From an uncultured delta proteobacterium (lineage in GTDB: Bacteria; Myxococcota; Myxococcia; Myxococcales; Myxococcaceae), in the NCBI GenBank assembly GCA_963796055.1, contig CAWCKH010000004.1, positions 1,120,001 through 1,184,000 of the forward strand: a DNA stretch of 64,000 bases, given 5' to 3'. Numbering within the stretch: position 1 is the first letter of the stretch; each line of letters begins with the position of its first letter. Below the pieces are notes generated by a model, which had not been told where the DNA came from, ran no database searches, and was given only the letters and a program-made list of their open reading frames with translations. Of this stretch, positions 56,701-64,000 are shown one piece after another. The position numbers were made by a program, and so were the translations under genes.

Positions 56701-59700
56701 GCCGCCGGTCGCGGACGAAGCGGATCACGTGCTCGACAGTTGGGAAGTCCCGAAGCTTGAGGTTCTCTTCGCGCGGAATGGCGTAGGCCTCACGGACCGC
56801 GGCGAAGGTCTCCGCCTGTTTGACGGTGTCGACCCCCAGATCGGCTTCGAGGTCGAGCCCCGGGTCGATCATCTCGGGCGGGTAGCCGGTCTTCTGCGCG
56901 ACGATGGCGAGCACCTTCTCTCGAACGGGATCGGCCGCAGCGGACGACGCCGGCGGCGGCGCGGCAGCACCGGCTTGGATCGGAGACGTGGCCGCAGGTC
57001 GACTTGCCGTGGCACCGGCATCCGTGTCGCCTCGACCAATGGGCCCAGGGCTCACCGCGAGATCTGGCCGTCGATCGCGGACGAAGCCGATGACGTGCTC
57101 GACCGTGGGGAAGTCCCGAAGCTTGAGGTTTTCCTCGCGGGGAATGGCATAGGCCTCGCGAACGGCGGCGAACGTCTCCGCCTGCTTGACGGTGTCCACA
57201 CCCAGATCGGCCTCCAGGTCGAGTGAGGGGTCGATCATCTCCGGGGGATAGCCGGTCTTTTCCGCGACAATCGCCAGCACCCTGGTCCGCACGGGATCTG
57301 CGGAGGACGGGGGCGTCGCAGCTGAGCTCAGGCTCGAGGCCGCCGGGGACGTTGCCGCCGAGCTCGGGGTCGGAGCCGCTGGGGCTGGCGGCGCTCCCAC
57401 TCCCGCAGGCGAGGCCGCTCGGCCCGGCTCAACCGCGGGCGCCTGCATCGCGACAGGCGGAGCGGTGGGAGAGGCAGCGCGCGGGGCCGGGGCAGGGGTA
57501 GCAGCCTCTCCCTTGGCGCGCCCTCGGCGGGCATGATCGCCGCTGTCCTGCACGCGCAGCGTCCGCTGAACGACCTCGAGCCGAGCATCCTTTCGTCCGC
57601 TGACCCGGGCAACCCAGGAGTCGAACGCGGCAGGGTTCTCGATTCGCCACTCGTAGCCGAGTGCTTCGGGTGCGCGGCGCGAGCCGTCCACCGACGCCGA
57701 GCGCCGCACGAGCGTCATGCTGATTTGCGATCCGAATCCCGCGGCCAGCCGGAGCGCGTACTCGACCGGTTGCGCTCCGCCCTTGGAGAGATTGAGCGCG
57801 CCAAGCTCGGGATCGACCTCCTTGAAATTCGGAATGGGGGGCACGATGCCGGTTTCGAGCGCCTTGAGCGCCACCACGTCCTCGATACCGACGCCCATCG
57901 GGTGACCGGTGAATCCCTTCGTGTTCGCCACCACGATCCGGTCGGCATCCGCCCCGAACACCTTGCGCAAGGCGAACACCTCGGCGGCTGCGCTTCCGCC
58001 TCGGGCCGGGGTGTACGTTTCGTGCGACAGGAAGACCAGCTGGTGCGCGATCTCGGCTCGCCGAAGGCCGGTACGCTCTTCGACCTGCGAGATGAGTCGC
58101 TCCATCAACCCGCCGATGTGCTCGACGTCGAGGCGGGTCCCATGGAATGCGCTGTTCGCGGCGACCGCCCCGAGCACCTCCCCGATCGGGCGAAGCCCAC
58201 GGTCCTGTGCGGCGGAGGCGCTTTCCACCACCATTGCAGCGGCGCCCATCCCGACGATCATTCCGTGGCGCCTTCGATCGAAGGGGGTGGCCGCGTCCTC
58301 GGCGAGCGCATCCGTGGCTGCCGCTCCGCTGGCCAGAAAGCCTGCACCGATCCACTCCATCAAGTTGTCCGAGGTCGCATCGTCCCCGGCGATGACGATC
58401 ACCCGTCGGCAGCGGCCGGCACGGATCCAGTCCTCCGCCAGCGTGACGGCCAGCGTCGTGCTGGCGCAGGCGGAGTTCACTTGGGTATTGGGCCCGCGCG
58501 CGCCGATGTACTCCGCGAACTGCGAATGACCCATCGACAGAACGCGGAACAGGAACCGCCGGTCGAATGCGTATGGCTCGCGTTCCAGCTGGCCGCGAAG
58601 CTCATCGATGCGGCGAGCGAGGTCGGCGATGACGGGATCGTGCCCGTTGTCCGGAGCCCGCCGCGCATGGAGGGCCTCCAGCGCCTGCAGCTGCTCGCGG
58701 CGAGCCCGATCGCGGTGGTAGCGTGTCATCTCTCCGGCCAGCGCATTCAGCCCCGGAAATGCCGAGGCGAAAATGACGCCGGTCTCGTCGCGAAGCTCGT
58801 CGGGAAGCATCCAGCGATCGGGCAGCTGCGTCCCGCGGGTGGTGGTGCGATAGCGCAGGACGAGCGGAATTCCGGCGTCGCGCAGCGCCTCGAGACCCGC
58901 GGCGATCGCCAGAGAGGTCGTGACGTCGAACGCCTCGACGCGTTCCTTGGGCACGCCGAACTCGGCGGTCAAATCGAACTCGCCGCGCCGGCCCGCCAAC
59001 TTGATCACCTCAGCTGGGCTCTCCAGCGCTGCGAAGTTTGCGCTTCCGTCCTCGCCCTTCACCAGCCGGGTGATGTGCTTGGCGAGCATCGCTTTCCGCA
59101 GGCGAGCCGGAATCGAGTCGATCAACTGCTCGCCCTCGAGGATCCGAGCCACGTTGTCGTCGGCGAAGACACGCTCGCCTCCAGGCAGACCGAGACCTGC
59201 TCCGGTGATGACCACCGGCTCGGCCACCGCCGGCTTGGCCGCTGGCGGACGAACTTGCGGCTCGGGCAGAGGTCTGGCCGGCGCTTCCGGTGCCGCTTCC
59301 GCCCGTCCCGATCCGATCCCTGCGGCGTAGAGCCCGCAGAGCGCCCGATTGAAGGCGACCGCGTCGTCGATCTTCGGATGATTCGTGAACAGGACGCTCA
59401 CGCCCTCGCGGTCGCCGAGGACCTCCTCGGCAAACCCTTGCAGTGCCTTCTTCGGCCCCACCTCCACGAAGACGCGTGCGCCGGCCCGATAGAGAGTCTC
59501 CAGGCCCTTGACGAACTGAACCGGCGCCGCGACCTGCTTGCTCAGCATGTCGATCACCGCCGAGCGCACCTCGCCTTCCGCCGGGTAGAAGTCGCCGGTG
59601 ACGTTGGCCACCACGGGAATCCTGGGCGGCTTGACCTCCAGTCGCTCGAGCATCTTGCGCAGCGGCTCGCTGGCCGGGGCGACGATCGCGGTGTGAAAGG

Positions 59701-62104
59701 CATGGCTCACTGGCAGAAGCACCGTGTTGCGCCCCGCCTCGGTGAACATCTGCTGGGCCTGGGTCACCGCCTTGCTCTCTCCGCCGATCACCGCTTGAGT
59801 GCGGCTGTTCACGTTCGCCACCACGGCGTAGCCGTCGATCTTCGCCAGCGTTTGCTCGATCTCCTCCAGCGGCGCGGTGACCGCCACCATCAACCCGTTG
59901 TCCTCCAGCGAGACCCGGGTCATCTCACGGCCGCGCGCGCTCACCGCTTCCAGCGCGTCGCGGAACGAGAGCGCGCCGGCCACGGTCAGCGCGCCGTACT
60001 CGCCGAGGCTGTGGCCGATCACGAAATCCGGCGAGACTCCGAACGATGAGAACAGGCGCGTCAAGGCCACGTCGACGGTCAGCACAGCGGGCTGGGTGAT
60101 CGCCGTCTGGCGAAGCGCCTCTTCCGCAGCGGGGTCCTTCGGATCGGCGAACAGGTAGGAGCTGAGCGATCGGTCCAGCAGGGCCGGCATCTCCCGATCT
60201 GCTTCGGCGAACGTCTCCGCCACGATCGGTTCCAGCTCCCGCAGCTTCCTCAGCATGCCGACGTACTGCGAGCCCTGGCCGGTGTAGAGGAACGCGAGCT
60301 TCCCCGCCGGGCCCCGCCCGCGGAAGATTCCCCGCGCCCGCAGCGCCTTCCACGACCCGGCTTCGTCGTTGACCAGCGCATGGCGCGCCAGCGCGGCGTT
60401 CTCCGCCAGCTCGGCCGCGTTTCCGTAGTCCAACGCCACGCGCTCCTGGGCGCGCAGGTCGCGCTGGTCGGGCGCGAGCAGCGGCGGCAGGCGTCCCTCG
60501 TGCGCCTCGCGCTCGGTCGCCTCCAGCCTCCGGGCGAGCTCTTCACGCGTGGTGGCGCCGATCAGCAGTGCCCCTCTCAGCGGAGGGCGCGGCTCGGAAG
60601 CATCGCGCGCCAGCGCGACGGGCTCCGTTGGTTGTCGCAGTGCAGCCCCGGTCGGAGAGCTTCGCTTGCCCGAGAGCATTCCTGGCACGAACTCCTCCAG
60701 CACGACGTGGAAGTTCGTGCCGCCGAACCCGAATGCGCTCACCCCCGCGCGCCGCGGTGTCCCGTCCTTCGGGGCATCCCACGATTGCAGCTCGCGGTTC
60801 ACCCGGAACGGGGAATGGGCGAAGTCGATGTTTGGGTTCGGCTTCTCACAGTGGAGGCTGGGCGGGAGCACCTTCTCGTGGAGGGCCAGGATGGCCTTGA
60901 GCAGGCCTGCGGCGCCGGCCGCGGCCTTCAGATGCCCGATGTTCGATTTCACCGAGCCGAGCGCGATCGCGCCAGCGGGAAGCTGCGCTCCGCCGAAGGA
61001 CTCGGTGAGGCTCTCGACCTCGACCACATCGCCCACCTTGGTGGAGGTGCCATGTCCTTCGATCAATCCGGCGCTCGAAGGCGGCAGGCCGGCGGACTGC
61101 CACGCACGTTGGACGGCGAGCTTCTGGCCCACCGGGTTTGGTGCGGTGATCCCTTTGCCCTTGCCGTCGCTCGAGCCGCCGATCCCGCGCAGCACGGCAT
61201 AGATCCGGTCGCCGTCTCGCTCGGCGTCGGCCAGTCGCTTGAGCAGAAACACGGCCGCGCCTTCCCCCATCACGAAGCCATCGGCTCCATCGGCGTAGGG
61301 GCGCGTCCCGGTGGCCGAGAGGGCGCCGATCTTGCAGAATTTCACGAATGCATTGACGCCCATGTTCCGGTCGATTCCGCCGGTGAGCGCAGCGTCGATG
61401 TCCCCTTCGACGAGGCCGTGCATCGCAGCCTCCATCGCCGCCATCGAGGACGCGCAGGCGGCGTCCACCGTGTAGTTCGGCCCGCGCAAGTCAAAGACGT
61501 TGGCCACGCGGCCGGCGATGATGTTCGACAGCTCGCCGGGCATGGAGTCCTCGGTGATCACCGGAAGTCGCGCTTCCAGCGCTTCACGCGCATCCCTGGA
61601 GAGCCGCTCGCGGAGGTCCCTGGGGAGCTCCTCGAAGCTCTTGGCGTGCTCCAGCGCCTGAGAGATTTCCGGGATCAGCGTGCGCATCGTGGTGAACAGA
61701 TGGCGCTCGCCCCCCATCGCGTTGCCGAAGATCACCGCGGTTCGCACCGGATCGAGTGGGCGCTTTGGATACCCGTAATCGAGCAGCGCGGCGCGCGAAC
61801 AGGCCACGGCCCACTTCTGGCCGTCATCCATGGCCTCGGCGACCCGAGGGGGAATGGGAAGCTTCCAGCCGATTGGATCCCAGCTCCACGAGCGGACCCA
61901 GCCGCCGATCTTCGAGTAGGTTCGATCGGGCGCCGCGGGATCCGGATCCCAGTGGAGAGCAGGATCCCAACGCTCTGGCGACACTTCGGAGATGCTGTAG
62001 CTGCCTGAGGTGACGTTCCTCCAGAAGGCGGCCACGTCCGGCGCGTCGGGCAAAATGGCGCCCAGGCCCACGATGGCGATGCTCCGGTTCAGCTTGTCTT
62101 CCAT
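53768..62104 (-). CDS. Iterative type I PKS/FAS, Pfa-related: KS-AT-KS-ACPx3-KR-DH
   Basis: KS1 DAACASS/HGTST/NIGH; AT GQGSQ/GHSLG/HAFH; KS2 SACAST/HETYT/TGHP; three [39 protein letters not shown]. Confidence 0.93.
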   Translation of the reverse strand: MEDKLNRSIAIVGLGAILPDAPDVAAFWRNVTSGSYSISEVSPERWDPALHWDPDPAAPDRTYSKIGGWVRSWSWDPIGWKLPIPPRVAEAMDDGQKWAVACSRAALLDYGYPKRPLDPVRTAVIFGNAMGGERHLFTTMRTLIPEISQALEHAKSFEELPRDLRERLSRDAREALEARLPVITEDSMPGELSNIIAGRVANVFDLRGPNYTVDAACASSMAAMEAAMHGLVEGDIDAALTGGIDRNMGVNAFVKFCKIGALSATGTRPYADGADGFVMGEGAAVFLLKRLADAERDGDRIYAVLRGIGGSSDGKGKGITAPNPVGQKLAVQRAWQSAGLPPSSAGLIEGHGTSTKVGDVVEVESLTESFGGAQLPAGAIALGSVKSNIGHLKAAAGAAGLLKAILALHEKVLPPSLHCEKPNPNIDFAHSPFRVNRELQSWDAPKDGTPRRAGVSAFGFGGTNFHVVLEEFVPGMLSGKRSSPTGAALRQPTEPVALARDASEPRPPLRGALLIGATTREELARRLEATEREAHEGRLPPLLAPDQRDLRAQERVALDYGNAAELAENAALARHALVNDEAGSWKALRARGIFRGRGPAGKLAFLYTGQGSQYVGMLRKLRELEPIVAETFAEADREMPALLDRSLSSYLFADPKDPAAEEALRQTAITQPAVLTVDVALTRLFSSFGVSPDFVIGHSLGEYGALTVAGALSFRDALEAVSARGREMTRVSLEDNGLMVAVTAPLEEIEQTLAKIDGYAVVANVNSRTQAVIGGESKAVTQAQQMFTEAGRNTVLLPVSHAFHTAIVAPASEPLRKMLERLEVKPPRIPVVANVTGDFYPAEGEVRSAVIDMLSKQVAAPVQFVKGLETLYRAGARVFVEVGPKKALQGFAEEVLGDREGVSVLFTNHPKIDDAVAFNRALCGLYAAGIGSGRAEAAPEAPARPLPEPQVRPPAAKPAVAEPVVITGAGLGLPGGERVFADDNVARILEGEQLIDSIPARLRKAMLAKHITRLVKGEDGSANFAALESPAEVIKLAGRRGEFDLTAEFGVPKERVEAFDVTTSLAIAAGLEALRDAGIPLVLRYRTTTRGTQLPDRWMLPDELRDETGVIFASAFPGLNALAGEMTRYHRDRARREQLQALEALHARRAPDNGHDPVIADLARRIDELRGQLEREPYAFDRRFLFRVLSMGHSQFAEYIGARGPNTQVNSACASTTLAVTLAEDWIRAGRCRRVIVIAGDDATSDNLMEWIGAGFLASGAAATDALAEDAATPFDRRRHGMIVGMGAAAMVVESASAAQDRGLRPIGEVLGAVAANSAFHGTRLDVEHIGGLMERLISQVEERTGLRRAEIAHQLVFLSHETYTPARGGSAAAEVFALRKVFGADADRIVVANTKGFTGHPMGVGIEDVVALKALETGIVPPIPNFKEVDPELGALNLSKGGAQPVEYALRLAAGFGSQISMTLVRRSASVDGSRRAPEALGYEWRIENPAAFDSWVARVSGRKDARLEVVQRTLRVQDSGDHARRGRAKGEAATPAPAPRAASPTAPPVAMQAPAVEPGRAASPAGVGAPPAPAAPTPSSAATSPAASSLSSAATPPSSADPVRTRVLAIVAEKTGYPPEMIDPSLDLEADLGVDTVKQAETFAAVREAYAIPREENLKLRDFPTVEHVIGFVRDRRPDLAVSPGPIGRGDTDAGATASRPAATSPIQAGAAAPPPASSAAADPVREKVLAIVAQKTGYPPEMIDPGLDLEADLGVDTVKQAETFAAVREAYAIPREENLKLRDFPTVEHVIRFVRDRRPDLAGPGAQPATPTGGPSPVAGNEVDDAVRAKVLSIVAEKTGYPPDMIDPGLDLEADLGVDTVKQAETFAAVRQAYGIPRDENLKLRDFPTVEHVIRFVLERRPDLGGPPSAAAPLPAPWAAAPVPASSMDAPLSAMSSASAGPSPATSTDAADAFPRRVPVPVLRPPLAVCKDTAVLLQRGARVLVMPDAGGVAEALVARLGLIGVEAVLLDRQTSPDQLAARISAEAEKGLRGIYWLPALDDEGDLRAMTLEAWRAALFLRVKLLATAARALYPLLGAPGAFAIVATRLGGLHGYGQTGASAPMGGAVVGFSKALSRERPEALVKAVDFDGSRAPQEVARLLVEETLRDPGAVEIGWSGEQRFSVVLRDVLAADGKPGLSLGRDTVFVVTGAAGSIVSAIVGDLAASSGGTFHLLDLIPEPDGQSSDVKRLATDREGLKRELFERMKARGDRATPALVEKELAALERAASGAAAIKAVREAGGRAFWHSADLRDASAVARAIDAVREGSGRVDVLLHAGGLELSRVLPDKSQAEFDLVFDVKCDGWFNLIHAIGQMPLGATVAFSSVAGRFGNAGQTDYSAANDLLCKQASALRTTRPATRGIAIDWTAWAGIGMATRGSIPAMMERAGIEMLPPQVGIPTIRRELTRGGARGEVVVAGRLGTLLDERDPTGGLAPERVDTSRCGPMIGRVVGMTLQRGLEVETTLDPERQPFLRDHQIDGIPVLPGVMGVEGFGELAALLAPGYYLAAVEAIEFLAPFKFFRAQPRTLSLCAQIREEGGELVADCSLSGERTLAGQAPQITTHFTARVRLARTPPSLAPATRAEPQGAWVPADDIYRVYFHGPAYRVLERASNGTGTDTVGVLPAQLPLDHEPAEAPLLLSPRLIELCFQTAGLREMRATGHLGLPQHVDYLEAAGELRRAVGRLSAVVVDGPGGAFDAQVVDEAGNAYVRLSGYRTTPLPDALDPKLLSRLAG
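56385..57298 (-). repeat. Three near-identical ACP domains separated by Pro/Ala/Ser linkers
   Basis: About 57060-57298, 56690-56932 and 56385-56620; proteins nearly identical with many synonymous differences. Confidence 0.9.
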
Positions 62105-62122
62105 GATCGCCTCCTCGGCGCC

Positions 62123-63790
62123 TCAGGCGGCCTGCTGCTTCTCGGCGGCTCGCCCGTAGATGGCGTCCGCGGCCGCGTCCATGTCGGCCACCAGCCCGAT
62201 CTGGGCTCGATGAATCTCGGGCAGGCCCAGCGAAGCCTCCAGCGCTGGAACCTCGGCGTCGCGAACGCCGCCCGCGCCGCAGATCCACGCCAATCCTTCC
62301 TCGCTGATCCTTGCCGCCGCCTCTCGGGCGAAGATGCGGCTGAGCGCCGCCAGCGGCTCAGGCGCGAAACGTCCGTCGGCCTTTTCGGGGAGCGTTCCGG
62401 CGAATGCCGCTGCCGCCCGGCGCGCGAACGCAGCGGCGGTTTCCCCGAAGGCGATCAGCTCGCCCAAGCGAAACAGCACGTGCTGGTGGCGAGTCAGCCT
62501 GGCGACGCGCGAGCGCTCCATCACCTCGGCGAGCGACTCGAGGGCGAGCGCTGCGATCGGCCCGCCCGAGCTTGCCGGAAGCTGTGTCACCTTCCGCGCC
62601 TGCTCCCGGTGGTACTGACCGCGCGTCTTCAAGTGCTGCTGCCAGCGATCGCGGGCGATGGTCATCTCCAGTATTTCGGAGGTTCCCTCGTAGATGGTGG
62701 TGATCCGGACATCGCGTTTGATTTTCTCGACCATGTACTCGCGGGTGTACCCGTAGCCGCCGAGCGCCTGGATGGACGCGTCGGCGGCGCGGTTGCCCGC
62801 CTCGGTCGCCAACAGCTTGGCGATCGCGCCTTCGGTGTTCAGCTCCTTCTCGCCCTCGTCCAGGCGGGTGGAGGTCTCCTCGACGTGCGCCCGCGCCGCC
62901 TCCAGTCGCGCGGCGTGGGGGACGATCAGCTTGTGGGTGTACCCCTGCTTTCCCGAGAGCGGCGAGCCGCCTTGCAGGCGCGTCTTGGAGTACTCGATCG
63001 CCCGGTCCAGGGCAGCCCAGCCGGCCCCCAGTCCGAATGCAGCGACCATCAATCGGGTGTAGCCGAAGACCGCCTGCGCCTGGACCAGGCCGCGCCCCTC
63101 CACCAGCCCGACCACCCGGTCGACGGGGACCTCCACTTCGTCGAGCGCGAGCGCCGCGGTGTTGCTGGCGCGAATGCCGTGCTTGTCCTCTGGTTTGCCG
63201 GCGCTCAGACCCGGCGTTCCCTTGTCGACCACGAACCAGGTCGGCCCCCCGGGAGCGTTGGCGAGGATGGTGTAGAGGTCTGCAAAGCCGCCGTTGCTGA
63301 TCCACTGCTTGGCGCCGTTGAGGCGATAGCCCACCAGCTGACCGTCCTTCTCCACGCGGGTCGCGGTCGTTCGCAGAGCGCCCAGGTCGCTGCCCGCGGC
63401 CGGCTCGGTTGCGCCGTACGCCATGATGATTCCCTCGTCGGCGATCCTGGTCAGCCAGCGCTGCTTCTGTTCCTCCGTCCCGCCCACGGAGATCGGCTCA
63501 CTGCCGAGGAAGGTGGCGAACAGGCCGGTGGCGATGCCCACGTCGATTCGCGCCATCTGCTCGCACAGGCGGTACAGGTCGAAGGATCCGCCGCCCATGC
63601 CATGCAGCTCCTCGGGCATGAACGCCATCTGGATGCCAAGCTCGGGACCGCACATGCCGCGGATGATCTCGACCGGGTACTCGTCCTTCGCATCGAGCTC
63701 GAGAAGCTTGGGGTCGGTGAGCCGCCTGGCTCCAAAATCCCTCAGGGCATCGATGATTTCTTGAAGCGTCTGCCTGTCCAGTCCTCCCAT
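62123..63790 (-). CDS. Acyl-CoA dehydrogenase family protein with C-terminal extension
   Basis: [41 protein letters not shown]. Confidence 0.92.
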   Translation of the reverse strand: MGGLDRQTLQEIIDALRDFGARRLTDPKLLELDAKDEYPVEIIRGMCGPELGIQMAFMPEELHGMGGGSFDLYRLCEQMARIDVGIATGLFATFLGSEPISVGGTEEQKQRWLTRIADEGIIMAYGATEPAAGSDLGALRTTATRVEKDGQLVGYRLNGAKQWISNGGFADLYTILANAPGGPTWFVVDKGTPGLSAGKPEDKHGIRASNTAALALDEVEVPVDRVVGLVEGRGLVQAQAVFGYTRLMVAAFGLGAGWAALDRAIEYSKTRLQGGSPLSGKQGYTHKLIVPHAARLEAARAHVEETSTRLDEGEKELNTEGAIAKLLATEAGNRAADASIQALGGYGYTREYMVEKIKRDVRITTIYEGTSEILEMTIARDRWQQHLKTRGQYHREQARKVTQLPASSGGPIAALALESLAEVMERSRVARLTRHQHVLFRLGELIAFGETAAAFARRAAAAFAGTLPEKADGRFAPEPLAALSRIFAREAAARISEEGLAWICGAGGVRDAEVPALEASLGLPEIHRAQIGLVADMDAAADAIYGRAAEKQQAA

Positions 63791-63813
63791 CCGGCTTCTC
63801 CCCTGACGGGAGA

Positions 63814-63829
63814 AGCAACTGGCGAGCCA
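63814..63829 (-). promoter_or_regulatory. Putative sigma-54 -24/-12 promoter of the synthase operon
   Basis: Minus strand TGGCTCGCCAGTTGCT (GG-N10-GC); predicted +1 about 63803, just before GGGAG RBS. Confidence 0.65.
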
Positions 63830-63917
63830 ACGAGTGCCTCGGCAGCGGTCGCCCTGCCACCTCACGACGGGACGCCGCGTCGCCTCGAATGGCGTGACCG
63901 CACTAGGTGCGTCGGCC

Positions 63918-63932
63918 GCGCACAATTTGCGC
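63918..63932. promoter_or_regulatory. GCGCA-N5-TGCGC palindrome, candidate activator site
   Basis: GCGCACAATTTGCGC about 90 bp upstream of the -24 box. Confidence 0.5.
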
Positions 63933-64000
63933 GCCAGCTCCGGCAAGCCTGATACGACTCCCTCCCCGAAAGCATCGGTTGTTGTTCCTCGGACCTAGGC

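Noticed and set aside
53768..62104. Naming the synthase pfaA / PUFA synthase
   Set aside because: Extra internal KS, Thr carrier domains, and no pfaB/C/D in the operon.

Overview
High-GC bacterial chromosomal window, probably Myxococcota/Anaeromyxobacter-like (inferred from gene content only). The left half holds low-oxygen and stress genes: USPs, phosphoketolase/acetate kinase, cytochrome bd, a Cys-free DksA-like protein, a cytochrome c'-like protein and a P-type ATPase. It also holds a bufferin-type RiPP locus (six-Cys precursor, DUF692, DUF2063, with a detached DoxX), glucan debranching/GT4 genes and a MarR-linked EmrAB-TolC pump. The middle (about 35-46 kb) is an accessory zone with many internally deleted gene remnants, a sigma-54 activator bracketed by a duplicated promoter, an IS3 scar and a DUF4062-STAND-helical-repeat protein. 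The right 16 kb is the best candidate for an undescribed system, a minus-strand lipid/polyketide operon. It encodes an acyl-CoA dehydrogenase, an iterative type I synthase KS-AT-KS-ACPx3-KR-DH, a single-chain carboxylase with an apparently dead biotin-carboxylase domain, and a PPTase. All three carrier domains have Thr (LGVDTVKQ) instead of the canonical phosphopantetheine Ser. The operon has a sigma-54-type promoter and a GCGCA-N5-TGCGC palindrome also seen between the USP genes. No rRNA, tRNA or CRISPR was recognised. All calls are by eye from motifs; no searches were run.
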